NCBI GenBank assembly: GCA_964016885.1
Contig: OZ024754.1
Span: forward strand, 16,244,001 to 16,308,000
Direction of reading: 5' to 3'
Source of the DNA: Eledone cirrhosa
Taxonomy: Eukaryota
DNA: 64,000 nucleotides
The notes below the pieces were generated by a model. It made no database searches, had not been told where the DNA came from, and saw only the letters and a program-made list of their open reading frames with translations. This document shows, in pieces, positions 1 through 13,400 of this stretch. The position numbers and the translations under genes were made by a program. How positions within the stretch are numbered: the stretch's first letter is position 1; each line of letters opens with the position of its first letter.

Positions 1-411
1 TTTGGAGGGATTTAGTAATATAAGTAATTTTCTCATTATTGAGTTGGTGTTTAACTCTTTAGCATTTACATTACTCCATATTTACTATTGTATTTTTGTG
101 GTAAACACTTTATCTTACATAATTATCTCACATAATATTGAATCTACGAGATTTTGATATTTATTTTGAGAACAATACCTTAACATCAGTATGAGTGGCC
201 AGTTATGGCCGGTTTGAATGCTTAAAGGTACTTATAGAAAATTATGATAGAAGATTTTTTTTAGATAAATATACTTTAAATCACAAGCCTGCAACTTGTT
301 CAACAGAAAATAGTGATCACACACTCACACTAAACAATTTGCTTCCAAGATAATAAACACATCATTATTAGTATTATTATTTTGGAGTTGTACTTGTCTG
401 GCAAGTAATCG

Positions 412-655
412 TATGTTGAATGGAGCCTTGATGTACTCCTACCAGCATGCTAAATTCTTCACTATAGTCATTAAATCTAACCTTGCTGACTGTTTTTCTA
501 TACATGGCTTGTATTGCCATCACACGCCACTCATTTACAGTTTTCTAAGAATGCACCAGCTAATGCAATGGGGGACTGTCAAAGGTTTTCTCCAGATTCT
601 CAAATGCCAAGCATAGGGTTATACTTTTAGCTAGGTACTTCTCCTGCAGTTACTT
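412..655 (-). mobile_element. Degenerate RTE LINE reverse transcriptase fragment
   Basis: Aligns by eye with 53840-54090 of the RTE copy (aaccttgctgactgttt, tagctaggtacttctcctg). Confidence 0.7.
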
Positions 656-682
656 TATATTTAATATTTATTTCTTGGGGTT

Positions 683-777
683 AAGATTTTCATCACACTG
701 TCTAAGATCCGGTCACTAATATAATTCCACTGTAACTATATCAGTGACCAGGTCATAGACAGTGTGATGAAAATCTT
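683..777. repeat. Near-perfect palindrome, ~47-bp arms, centred at 730
   Basis: aagattttcatcacactgtcta...tagacagtgtgatgaaaatctt: outer 22 bp perfect, few inner mismatches. Confidence 0.9.
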
Positions 778-1949
778 GACACCCAGAAAATAGATGAGAA
801 CAATTTTTGTGAGCTATTTTTTAAAAAATGTCTAAAATGACTCTTCCATGCTGAATGTCACACTTATAACCAATAGTTTAACAACTACCTTTAACACCTA
901 GATGAAACAATAGCAGCTATGTTGTATGTTTTTGCCATTTAGTTTTGGATTGCATTCTGTCATTTTAATACAAAACATATTTAAGTTCTATAACTTTAAA
1001 CTACCTCTCCTCAACAATTAAAGTTGTTGACCTGATTTAAACGAAATATCCTTATCAATTTAAGTCCTTCTGTCTTTATCCATGTCACGTCAAGGAGTAG
1101 AATGACCAGCTTTCATTTCTCTTAACTCTTAACATCCTGTAATGATGTAATAGAAAATGTTTAAAAGTTGATCTGTTAATTCAAAGGTATATAGTATCTT
1201 CTTTAGTAATTGACAAGATTATTGTAAAAATTTGCAATAAAATAAAATAAAACTTCAAGTTTTAATGTCATGTAGTCACAGTATTGTTTTATACTTTTCA
1301 AGAATGTCTTGCTAATGCAATTTTATGTAGTACAGAGTTTGCACCTTAAAAGTTAAACTGGTTTCTATACTAAATTCAAAATGAAAATCTACATTCACTA
1401 TTTTTTTACCAACTTGAAAATTGCATGTCTGCTAGCAATTATATATTATATTTTTATCACTTTATTCAGAATAACTTTCTACATAATATCTGTTTCTTTT
1501 CAAAAGTACACCTATAAATTGGAAAATGGTAGTGCTGGAGCCACACTAAAATGCTCCCTGTACATGCTGAAAAGTGATTGACATTAAGAAAGAGTATCCA
1601 GCCATAGAAACCAGGCCCAAAACAGAACATAGGAGCATGATGTGGTCATCTCTGTGCTGCTGGTGCCATGATAAAATACATCCAGCCCACACTGGAAAGT
1701 GGGTGGCACTAAGAAGAGCATCCAGCTGTAGAAATCATGCCAGACTTGTCTAATCTCAGAACATGATAACCCACTCAATCTATTTAAATTGAATTTAAAT
1801 GTACTAATTGAATTAAAAAATTACTTTTTATTAAAACCCAGGAAAACAATACATTTGTTCTTATTTTACTGTAACATCTTTGAGAGTGAAAATCTTTCCT
1901 TCCTCTGCTAACTTTTTAAAGATGAACCAATCAAAAGTCAATAATAAAA

Positions 1950-2292
1950 ATAATTGTTCCTACTTTAGGCACAAGGCCAGCAATTTTAAGGGAAACATTA
2001 TTGGTGCTTTATTTATCGACTCCATAAGGATGAAAGGCAAAGTTAACCTTGGCGGGATTTGAACTCAGAATGTAAAGGGCCGTAACTCTGCTGCAAAGCA
2101 TGTTGTCCAACACTCTACCTATACTGCCAATCCACTGCTCTTAACAATAAAAATAATTGTTTCTACTTTAGGCACAAGGCCAGCAATTATCCAGTACATT
2201 ACTGGTACTTTATTTTATCGACCCCGTAAGGATGAAAGGCAAAGTTAACCTTGGCGGGATTTGAACTCAGACCGTAAAGGGACGTAACTATG
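1950..2292 (-). mobile_element. Two tandem tRNA-derived SINE copies (family A)
   Basis: Reverse complement of the element at 9459-9645, occurring twice. Confidence 0.8.
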
Positions 2293-2319
2293 CTAGAAAA
2301 CAATAAAAATAATACTTAC

Positions 2320-2354
2320 CAAAGAACCAGAAATTTTTTCACTGGTATAGAAGG
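2320..2354 (-). CDS. UVRAG: UVRAG coding exon 3 ([A]FYTSEKISGSL); gene continues beyond the left edge
   Basis: Poly-T acceptor ...TTTACAG, 35 nt, donor TTG|GTAAGT. Phase-compatible with exon 2 and matches UVRAG EFYRSEVIKNSL. Confidence 0.88.
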
Positions 2355-2660
2355 CTGTAAAAAAAAAGAAAAAAAAAGAAAATTCTAAATTAGTTATCAA
2401 AAGCCAACATTTCTATAGTGTACTTTAAACTGAGATCCCCTCAAGTAGGATAACAACAATGGCATGTTTGGTAGCAGATAATATATTTAGTTTATAAGAT
2501 GAATGACATTGTAATGCTCTACATTTTTTCAAGGATAAGTTATAATTTTTGTTTATTTCATAATTATGGCATGGCTGTATGATTTAAGTTTCTTTATAAC
2601 TACAGGGTTTTGATTTGACCCCATTGCATGGAACCATGGGCAAGTAATCTAATAATTTAA

Positions 2661-2865
2661 CTCTTTAGCATTTACATTACTCTATATTTACCATTGTATT
2701 TTCACTGTAAAGGCTTTATCTCACATAATATCAAATCTATGAGATTTTGATATTTATTTTGAGAACAATATATTAACATAAGTATGAGTGGTCGGTTATG
2801 GCCGGTTTGAACAGAAAGAAGTAAGAGAATTCTGGCCGGATACAGTTGGTTTAAATGCTAAAGAG
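2661..2865. mobile_element. piggyBac-type MITE family 1 (~200 bp)
   Basis: TTAA flanks, TIR CTCTTTAGCATTTA/TAAATGCTAAAGAG. Related copies at ~56-228, 15485-15684, 16602-16797, 18460-18986, ~26205-26377, ~38450-38660, 41196-41393, 42275-42469. Confidence 0.8.
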
Positions 2866-2869
2866 TTAA

Positions 2870-3503
2870 CCCTCTCATTACCATATTTCTTATGGAAGAC
2901 ACTGCCTATATGATTTTCAGTTAATTTTGAAAATAATCAAGAATTTGTAGAGACTTAATAATCAGAAAGTTACTTACATTACTAAGTTAGAGTTTGGAGC
3001 ATAACTTAAAGGTATGTACATAAAATTACAGTGGAAAACTTTCTAATCATATTTTAAAAACATTTCTTCATGTATATTCTCTTCTCAGTCCACTTATTCC
3101 TGAGAGGGTCGTGGGGGCAGAGTCCTCAAATACTCCTTCCAGCGGATCCTGTCAGAAGCAACTGTCTCCAACTGATCTGGCTAGATCCCTAAGCATGACC
3201 AGCCAAGCTCATGGATGTTATTCAACCATCTTGCTCGAGGTCTACCCCTGGGTCTCTTGCCAGTTGGTTTTGCCCGTAAAATATGTCCAGCAATTCTTTC
3301 CTGAGACATTCTAATTACATGCCCATAGTATTAGAGCTGTGATCTCTCAATTTGGAGAAACAGTGGCTCTACTTGGCTCTACCTAGCTATATTCTCAACA
3401 TAAGAAAGTTATATTACTAAATCCCTCCAAATTTTTCATTCTTTTTAACATTAGTTGAAAATCATATGCAGTGTCTTTTGTAAGAAATATGGTAATAAAA
3501 GGG
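2870..3503. mobile_element. piggyBac-type MITE family 2, carrying an internal LINE-like fragment (~3065-3380)
   Basis: TIR CCCTCTCATTACCATATTTCTTA / TAAGAAATATGGTAATAAAAGGG, TTAA on both sides. The left TTAA (2866-2869) is shared with MITE family 1. Confidence 0.7.
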
Positions 3504-4498
3504 TTAAACATGGAAATTGTAGTGGAAAAATGGCTTGTAATGAATAAATAAAATATAGAAACCGTGAGGAAATGTATTTATGTTAATAATTAAAAATCTA
3601 AAATAGGAGATATAAAAGATCAGAAGGAATATTCCATAACAGATTTAAGTCTGAACACAACAACAACATAGCTAAATTAGTGGACAGATTGTGAAAATCA
3701 TTGTAGTTAACTAAAATAAATACTTTAATTATTAATGTGATATAGTTTTGTAACAAAAGGATTAATCAACTACACTCTTCCCTAAAAATATTTGGCCTTG
3801 AGCCTCAGTTAAAATCATCATTATCATGCGTTGAAATCCGACTGAGAATGAATTAACCTCACCTGATTATATCGTCAATAAAGTAGAAACCACTATGATT
3901 TAATCAACATTATATTAACTTACATAGAATAAAACATTGCTTTACTAAAAATATCAATATTATTTCTTTTCACAAAGTATAAAGGCCTTGATGTACTAGA
4001 AAAGGAACAAAAGGAACTACAGCATGCATATCTTTCTCAGGGGCATTAGCTGACTAAAGTGGCCTCAGCTGGGAATTTCAGTCACATCATATTATTAGAC
4101 TTTAAGAGATTGTTGTTTTACTCTACACTGCTTGCCACAAGAAAGATATTGATAACAACAAGAAAGATATTGATAACAACAATAAAAATAATGTTATCAT
4201 GGTGAATAAACCACAAATATTTCAAACAATTGTTTCTTTATAGTTTGATGTATTTCATTAAGATATACACAATTGGATTTTGAAGAATATATATCTATAG
4301 TTCCCTGAATACAATGTTACTATTTTAGTTGTGTCATTAAAAGCTAATGAGTTGTCTTGAACATTGTTTAATTTTTATCATCATCATCACCATCATCATC
4401 ATTATTTGACTATCATGATCAACTTTGATGTTACTTTGGACAGGATATTTAAGGGAATATTAGGCTACAACTAGTAATCTAGGGTAACTTCAATATTT

Positions 4499-7400
4499 TC
4501 ATATCATCCCTTGACATTTCACTACTGCTGGTAGCCCAGAACCTTCTCTCATATCATCCCTTGTCTTTTCACTACTGCTGGTAGCCCAGAACCTTTCTCT
4601 CATATCAACCCTTTTCACTACTGCTGGTAGCCCAGAACCTTTCTCTCATATCATCCCTTATCTTTTCACTACTGCTGGTAGCCCAGAACCTTTCTCTCAT
4701 ATCATCCCTTGTCTTTTCACTACTGCTGGTAGCCCAGAACCTTTCTCTCATACCATCCCTTATCTTTTCACTACTGCTGGTAGCCCAGAACCTTTCTCTC
4801 ATATCATCCCCTATCTTTTCACTACTGCTGGTAGCCCAGAACCTTTCTCTCATATCATCCCTTATCTTTTCACTACTACTGGTAGCCCAGAACCTTTCTC
4901 TCATACCATCCCTTATCTTTTCACTACTGCTGGTAGCCCAGAACCTTTCTCTCATATCATCCCCTATCTTTTCACTACTGCTGGTAGCCCAGAACCTTTC
5001 TCTCATACCATCCCTTATCTTTTCACTACTGCTGGTAGCCCAGAACCTTTCTCTCATACCATCCCTTATCTTTTCACTACTGCTGGTAGCCCAGAACCTT
5101 TCTCTCATACCATCCCTTATCTTTTCACTACTGCTGGTAGCCCAGAACCTTTCTCTCATATCATCCCCTATCTTTTCACTACTGCTGGTAGCTCAGAACC
5201 TTTCTCTCATATCATCCCTTGTCTTTTCACTACTGCTGGTAGCCCAGAACCTTTCTCTCATACCATCCCTTATCTTTTCACTACTGCTGGTAGCCCAGAA
5301 CCTTTCTCTCATATCATCCCTTATCTTTTCACTACTACTGGTAGCCCAGAACCTTTCTCTCATATCATCCCTTATCTTTTCACTACTGCTGGTAGCCCAG
5401 AACCTTTCTCTCATATCATCCCTTGTCTTTTCACTACTGCTGGTAGCCCAGAACCTTTCTCTCATACCATCCCTTATCTTTTCACTACTGCTGGTAGCCC
5501 AGAACCTTTCTCTCATATCATCCCCTATCTTTTCACTACTGATGGTAGCCCAGAACCTTTCTCTCATATCATCCCTTATCTTTTCACTACTGATGGTAGC
5601 CCAGAACCTTTCTCTCATATCATCCCTTATCTTTTCACTACTACTGGTAGCCCAGAACCTTTCTCTCATATCATCCCTTATCTTTTCACTACTGCTGGTA
5701 GCCCAGAACCTTTCTCTCATATCATCCCCTATCTTTTCACTACTGATGGTAGCCCAGAACCTTTCTCTCATATCATCCCTTATCTTTTCACTACTGCTGG
5801 TAGCTCAGAACCTTTCTCTCATATCATCCCTTGTCTTTTCACTACTGCTGGTAGCCCAGAACCTTTCTCTCATACCATCCCTTATCTTTTCACTACTGCT
5901 GGTAGCCCAGAACCTTTCTCTCATATCATCCCTTATCTTTTCACTACTACTGGTAGCCCAGAACCTTTCTCTCATATCATCCCTTATCTTTTCACTACTG
6001 CTGGTAGCCCAGAACCTTTCTCTCATATCATCCCTTGTCTTTTCACTACTGCTGGTAGCCCAGAACCTTTCTCTCATACCATCCCTTATCTTTTCACTAC
6101 TGCTGGTAGCCCAGAACCTTTCTCTCATATCATCCCCTATCTTTTCACTACTGATGGTAGCCCAGAACCTTTCTCTCATATCATCCCTTATCTTTTCACT
6201 ACTGATGGTAGCCCAGAACCTTTCTCTCATATCATCCCTTATCTTTTCACTACTACTGGTAGCCCAGAACCTTTCTCTCATATCATCCCTTGTCTTTTCA
6301 CTACTGCTGGTAGCCCAGAACCTTTCTCTCATACCATCCCTTATCTTTTCACTACTGCTGGTAGCCCAGAACCTTTCTCTCATATCATCCCTTATCTTTT
6401 CACTACTGCTGGTAGCCCAGAACCTTTCTCTCATATCATCCCTTATCTTTTCACTACTACTGGTAGCCCAGAACCTTTCTCTCATACCATCCCTTATCTT
6501 TTCACTACTGCTGGTAGCCCAGAACCTTTCTCTCATACCATCCCTTATCTTTTCACTACTACTGGTAGCCCAGAACCTTTCTCTCATACCATCCCTTATC
6601 TTTTCACTACTGCTGGTAGCCCAGAACCTTTCTCTCATATCATCCCTTATCTTTTCACTACTGCTGGTAGCCCAGAACCTTTCTCTCATACCATCCCTTA
6701 TCTTTTCACTACTGCTGGTAGCCCAGAACCTTTCTCTCATATCATCCCTTATCTTTTCACTACTGCTGGTAGCCCAGAACCTTTCTCTCATATCATCCCT
6801 TATCTTTTCACTACTACTGGTAGCCCAGAACCTTTCTCTCATACCATCCCTTATCTTTTCACTACTGCTGGTAGCCCAGAACCTTTCTCTCATATCATCC
6901 CTTATCTTTTCACTACTGCTGGTAGCCCAGAACCTTTCTCTCATATCATCCCTTATCTTTTCACTACTGATGGTAGCCCAGAACCTTTCTCTCATATCAT
7001 CCCTTATCTTTTCACTACTGATGGTAGCCCAGAACCTTTCTCTCATATCATCCCTTATCTTTTCACTACTGCTGGTAGCCCAGAACCTTTCTCTCATATC
7101 ATCCCTTATCTTTTCACTACTACTGGTAGCCCAGAACCTTTCTCTCATATCATCCCTTGTCTTTTCACTACTGCTGGTAGCCCAGAACCTTTCTCTCATA
7201 TCATCCCTTATCTTTTCACTACTGATGGTAGCCCAGAACCTTTCTCTCATATCATCCCTTATCTTTTCACTACTGCTGGTAGCCCAGAACCTTTCTCTCA
7301 TATCATCCCTTATCTTTTCACTACTACTGGTAGCCCAGAACCTTTCTCTCATATCATCCCTTGTCTTTTCACTACTGCTGGTAGCCCAGAACCTTTCTCT

Positions 7401-8828
7401 CATATCATCCCTTATCTTTTCACTACTGATGGTAGCCCAGAACCTTTCTCTCATATCATCCCTTATCTTTTCACTACTGATGGTAGCCCAGAACCTTTCT
7501 CTCATATCATCCCTTATCTTTTCACTACTGATGGTAGCCCAGAACCTTTCTCTCATATCATCCCTTATCTTTTCACTACTGATGGTAGCCCAGAACCTTT
7601 CTCTCATATCATCCCCTATCTTTTCACTACTGATGGTAGCCCAGAACCTTTCTCTCATATCATCCCTTATCTTTTCACTACTGCTGGTAGCCCAGAACCT
7701 TTCTCTCATATCATCCCCTATCTTTTCACTACTGCTGGTAGCCCAGAACCTTTCTCTCATATCATCCCTTATCTTTTCACTACTGCTGGTAGTCCAGAAC
7801 CTTTCTCTCATATCATCCCTTATCTTTTCACTACTGATGGTAGCCCAGAACCTTTCTCTCATATCATCCCTTATCTTTTCACTACTGCTGGTAGCCCAGA
7901 ACCTTTCTCTCATATCATCCCTTATCTTTTCACTACTGCTGGTAGCCCAGAACCTTTCTCTCATATCATCCCCTATCTTTTCACTACTGCTGGTAGCCCA
8001 GAACCTTTCTCTCATATCATCCCTTATCTTTTCACTACTGCTGGTAGTCCAGAACCTTTCTCTCATATCATCCCTTATCTTTTCACTACTGATGGTAGCC
8101 CAGAACCTTTCTCTCATATCATCCCTTATCTTTTCACTACTGCTGGTAGCCCAGAACCTTTCTCTCATATCATCCCTTATCTTTTCACTACTGCTGGTAG
8201 CCCAGAACCTTTCTCTCATACCATCCCTTATCTTTTCACTACTGATGGTAGCCCAGAACCTTTCTCTCATACCATCCCTTATCTTTTCACTACTGATGGT
8301 AGCCCAGAACCTTTCTCTCATACCATCCCTTATCTTTTCACTACTGATGGTAGCCCAGAACCTTTCTCTCATACCATCCCTTATCTTTTCACTACTGATG
8401 GTAGTCCAGAACCTTTCTCTCATACCATCCCTTATCTTTTCACTACTGATGGTAGTCCAGAACCTTTCTCTCATACCATCCCTTATCTTTTCACTACTGA
8501 TGGTAGCCCAGAACCTTTCTCTCATACCATCCCTTATCTTTTCACTACTGATGGTAGCCCAGAACCTTTCTCTCATACCATCCCTTATCTTTTCACTACT
8601 GATGGTAGCCCAGAACCTTTCTCTCATACCATCCCTTATCTTTTCACTACTGATGGTAGCCCAGAACCTTTCTCTCATACCATCCCTTATCTTTTCACTA
8701 CTGATGGTAGCCCAGAACCTTTCTCTCATACCATCCCTTATCTTTTCACTACTGATGGTAGTCCAGAACCTTTCTCTCATACCATCCCTTATCTTTTCAC
8801 TACTGATGGTAGCCCAGAACCTTTCTCA
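4499..8828. repeat. 51-bp minisatellite, ~85 copies
   Basis: Unit catatcatcccttatcttttcactactgctggtagcccagaacctttctct; gives the 17-aa periodic ORFs on both strands. Confidence 0.97.
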
Positions 8829-8968
8829 ATATTTGAGCTGTTCCCAGTAGGCACAACTTCTGGAGCAGTTCAATCCCTTGCCCAAAATCTATCCAGACAG
8901 GTAGTTTTTAAGGTTCTTTGTCACCATGCAAAGAGCACCAATCACCACTGGGACAATGGTGACTGTCT
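8800..8968 (-). mobile_element. C-terminal remnant of an R4/Dong-like (RLE-type) non-LTR retrotransposon
   Basis: Minus strand reads TVTIVPVVIGALCMVTKNLKNYL, then after a disruption LLQKLCLLGTAQILRKVLGY. Matches the recalled VPVVIGALG...LQKxxLLGTARILRKVL signature. Confidence 0.7.
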
Positions 8969-9458
8969 TCAATTCATTACTTTATCATTTCAAAATGATA
9001 ACGGTGGCAATGTTGTCATTGTCATCATGGTGGTGGATTGGTAGAATCATTAGAGCATTGGACAAATGTTTTGTGGTATTTAATTACGTCATCTTTCATA
9101 TACAAAAAAAATGGAATGGTCACTGCTTAACACTTTTGATACCAACCCAGCCCTTGTTCTATAAAGAAACCACCCATTTCAAACAATTCCGATATAAGTT
9201 TGTATAATATCAACATGATATTATACAAGAATCATATGTTAAGTTATGTTAGGAATGAAATAGTTAATCATTTGAGTAAATCCTTCAAAATTCTGCATTA
9301 ATTATTTGAAAGGGAGTATATTTTATTATACATATGATAACAGAAGGGTTAAACTCCTTTGATCATGGGTCGGCTCAATTAGAGCAGAGATGAAGCTAAA
9401 CAATATATACAGAACTTTTATTGAAATATATAGGTCACAAATAGTCAGTCATTATGAC

Positions 9459-9645
9459 GGGCGGTGGATTGGCAGTATCGGTAGAGGGTCGGACGCCATG
9501 CTTTGACGTATAGAGTTACAGCCCTTGCCATTCTGAGTTCAAATCCCGCCAAGGTTAACTTTGCCTTTCATCCTTACGGGGTCGATAAAATAAAGAACCA
9601 GTAATACACTGGGTAATTGCTGGCCTTGTGCCACAAGTAGAAACA
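9459..9645 (+). mobile_element. Full-length tRNA-derived SINE (family A) with 8-bp TSD ATTATGAC
   Basis: A-box-like TGGCAGTATCGG, B-box GAGTTCAAATCC, core GCCTTTCATCCTTACGGGGTCGATAAAAT (resembles the Meta/MESC SINE domain from memory). Other copies near 20220-20430, 21368-21660, 25209-25390, 32170-32595, 33300-33460, 47365-47500, 52200-52350, 55985-56195. Confidence 0.85.
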
Positions 9646-10800
9646 ATTATGACATTGAATTAAATATTTCCTCTGTATTTGTTTTGTCACTGCACTCTGA
9701 GTTCAAAACCCAGAGATCAACTTTGCGTTTCCTTTTGAAGTTGATATACAAAGTACTAGTCCAGAGCTGGAGTCAATTCTTCCCCCCCTCTCTCTGTCAC
9801 TCCCTCCCTCTCTCTATGTCTCTCTTCCCTTCTCTCTGAAAGAAATCAACTGTGTTCCAACACAGAGAGGGATGGGCTCTGCTAGGTTTAAAATATCAAA
9901 GACACTGTGGTGTCAGGACAGTGCCCCTACAACTCTATCAGGAGTTAAGAGACCTTTACCATTTCCTTTCTACCAATAGGTATATAAAACAACAATAAAT
10001 CTCAGCTCAAAATATAGAAAAAAATGATATCTAAGATAAGTTCTGCTGCAATGTTAACTAAGTTGCAACCTAGAAATCAACCAATTCCCTAAAGGTGACA
10101 AATATTTACTCTTAGATGAAATTCCATAGTAAATTAATGCTTTTGCATTAACATTCCAAAATTTTAAAAAGAATTTTAAGAATTCAGTATTTAAATAAAT
10201 CTAAATATATATCAGAAGTACAAAACTTTTACTATGGGAGCCCACTAATGTAAAATGCAAACACAGAAGACTTCTCAAGACATTAAAAAGCATCATTGAG
10301 TAAGATAGAGAATTGTCCAGTGAAGAACTGAGGCAGTTAATGTTGGATTGTATGAGATGGAAAGGTTCTATCATATCACCACAAAGAAGTGGATGAATGT
10401 AGTAGTAGTAGAAATATATATAAATATCAAGTTAATTCAGAAGCATTGGGGAAATTTGAAATGTAGTAATCCCAATGCAGATGACTATAATAATAATAGT
10501 CGAAAAAAAAAAAAAACAGTTGAAAAAACTGAGTAAAGTAGTTCTGGAGAAGGAACAATTCCTCTTTTGTTGTATCAAAGACATGACAACCTTCCTAGTG
10601 CTGGTACCACTATAAAATGAACCAGGCAAACACAGTGGTTTGTGTCAGCAAGATGCAGCACCCAACCATTTTGTGAGGTCAGGAGCTTTGATTAAGTAGT
10701 TATTTGGTATGTGGCAACTTGTCCAACTCTTGATAGAACATTAAATGATGATGATGATGATACATACACTCAGATCAGATGAAACAAAAACTGACATTAC

Positions 10801-10921
10801 CTGGTGATTTTGCATTAGTATGTAGTGTAAAAAATGTAGATAATTTGTTGTTGTCAGTCCATAATTCGTCTTTGTAGACTAAATTTCTTAACGACACACT
10901 TTTCAAATGACGAATCCTTTT
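10801..10921 (-). CDS. UVRAG: UVRAG coding exon 2 (KRIRHLKSVSLRNLVYKDELWTDNNKLSTFFTLHTNAKSP), start of the C2 domain
   Basis: Acceptor TTTTCTATTTGCAG, donor G|GTAATG, 121 nt (phase 0 to 1). Resembles UVRAG RRLRHLRNIAARNI...TYFTLH. Confidence 0.9.
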
Positions 10922-13124
10922 CTGCAAATAGAAAATAGAATATATATATATATTAGTTGAATTATCCATTTACTAATTAAAATAATTCAAGAATTAAAAA
11001 TATCTTATAACAGAATCCCTTATGACAATTAATAACATTCTGTTACCATAGTAATAAAATAGTAGTTAATGTCAGTCAAAAAGATATTTTTTAAAATAGT
11101 ATTTGGGAAGTACTTGACAAATTGTAATTGGTTTCGTCTGGTCTCTTCCCACCACCATTGCTGAGGATCAGGAACCATGGACAAATGCACCAATGCTCAT
11201 CTATATGATGCTTTATGTCCATGATTTAGCAGAAAATATCTAAAAATGAGTTTGTTAATTCAGATGTTTATAGTATCTTTACAAGTGAACAGATCTTTGT
11301 GAAAATTTGCAGCATTAGAGTAAAGACGTTTATTTTTAAATTGATGCAGTCAGTGTTGTTTTGTACTTTTCAAGAATGTCTTGCTAATGTGGTTTGATGT
11401 GGTTTGTTAATTCAAATGTTTATTGTATCTTTACTAGTGGACAGATCATTGTGAAAATTTGCAATATTAGAATAATGATGTTAATTTTTAAGTGCAGTCA
11501 TAGTGTTGTTTTGTATTTTTCAAGAATGTCTTGCTAATGTGCTACAGGATGTTAAGAGATAATTTAGTTCCCAAGTTGAAACAGTGTGATACAATATGTG
11601 ACATGGCTGAACTTTTGAATCCATCTGACAGGCTTCTACATATTTTCTGTCTACCCAATCTCTCTAAAAAAAAATTTGGGTCGACCTGAGCCTATGATAA
11701 ATGACACTTTCTCATGATGCCATGCAGTGGTATTTGAACTGAGACCTTATGATTGTGAAGTGAACTTAACCACTCAGCCAAGCCTACATAGGACTCATTT
11801 ATAAAGCAAATCTGTGCTTTATTACATTATATTAACTATGTGCAGCAATTCACAAATATAATGGAGCCCTCTAATCTGATGTTCTACTTTTAATTGATAA
11901 AAACAAAAAGAAAATCTCCATTTTAACCTTTTTGTTTCCAGTTTTCCAACAGACAGTCACCAAGTACTAACTACAATACATTGGTATATTTGTATAAACA
12001 GTGTCTTGGCATATGTAGAAACTTCGGAGTAGAGGACGATTAGCAATGATCTCTGAAAACATTTTATCTCAGTACAACAAACTATACATGAAGCTACGTT
12101 TAATATTGAATGGTTTCTCATGGTGATTTCTAAGTGATTAAACTGTAGTTACAAAGAGTGATTTCCAAAACCAAGATATCACTTTCTTTACACAAACAAA
12201 TGTTTAAAGATATATAGAAAGGATATTCACATAATCTTAAGTGATTAATAGGCATGATAAGACATAGCTAATTTATCATCATGTTCACTTTTCAAATACT
12301 TCCATACAATTTTTTTTTAATACCCTAAAAAGGTTACTACTTATGTTGATGCATCTTTTTAATGATTTAGTTGTTTGGATAAATTGCTCATAAAATGGTA
12401 CGCCACCTATGTCAAGCTGATAAAAAGCAAAACTAAATGCACTCATAGTAGTAATTATTAAATATACCGTGACCTAAAGCTGGCTAATAGATAAGGACTA
12501 ATACAATTATAAATTGATTATATTACTAAACATGGAAAAATATACATTAAGTCATCGGTGGAGACATAAGATATACATGTTAAATTATGTGAACATTTCT
12601 ACTATAATGACTTATGAGGTTGATAAAATAACAGATAAAATAATGGGTTTTGTGAAATCAATTAGAACATTTGAAGCTGGTGCTCTAACATGGCCACAAT
12701 TCAATGACTGAAACCAGTAAGAGAAGAATAAGACCTAATTAATGACTCAGTGGTATTTTATAAAACAAATTAACTTCCCATTAGAAGATAAGAAGCCTAC
12801 AAAATTGTGGAAAGGAAATATAATATCCTATTAGCAAATCCAAAGTCCAATATCTTCCAGGTTATATTACTATCTTAATTATATATAGATCTACTAAAAT
12901 TGTTGCTATTGTTTTTCTTATTTTCAAAACTTTAAAGAAATAATTGTATTCATATCATAATTATTGTTTCCATGTCAATATTTATGTTAGTGTAAATGAG
13001 ATTGTTGGATGGCACAACAATACAACATTTATTAAATACTTATCTTCTAATATTTCTTCTGTGTGGCCAAAGTTTCTTAGATTTACAAGTGTTTTAAAGC
13101 CACTTTCTCCTGATAAAACAAGGA

Positions 13125-13400
13125 TTAGGCTTGCAGGCACCATGAGAAGCTTTTCCATTTTCCCCTAACATTTGCACCCCACCTCCTGGCTTTTATTTTC
13201 GCCATCTTTAGTAATGTCTTTCCTGGTTGTCTTCTTCCTTTTTCCACTTTCATTTCCATCACTTTTCCCACCCAGTCACAATCTTCTTTCCTCAATATGT
13301 GACCCAACAATCTCATTCTATTTCTCTTCACATTTATCACAGGCTCTATTCTCAATACTTCTCAGCCAGTTATTTTCATCCTTCTTCAACATATGACACA
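13125..13400 (-). mobile_element. Old RTE LINE 3' fragment
   Basis: RMRLLGHILRKEDCDWVGKVMEMKVEKGRRQPGK resembles the RTE C-terminal RLRWYGHV...GRPRK motif. Confidence 0.7.

Noticed and set aside
5542-8850. 1102-aa (+) and 991-aa (-) ORFs
   Set aside because: Products of a 51-bp (multiple of three) stop-free tandem unit within an intron. No splice signals or unique domains.
9459-9560. tRNA gene
   Set aside because: A/B boxes are present, but the sequence continues into a multicopy SINE body with TSDs and no cloverleaf is evident.
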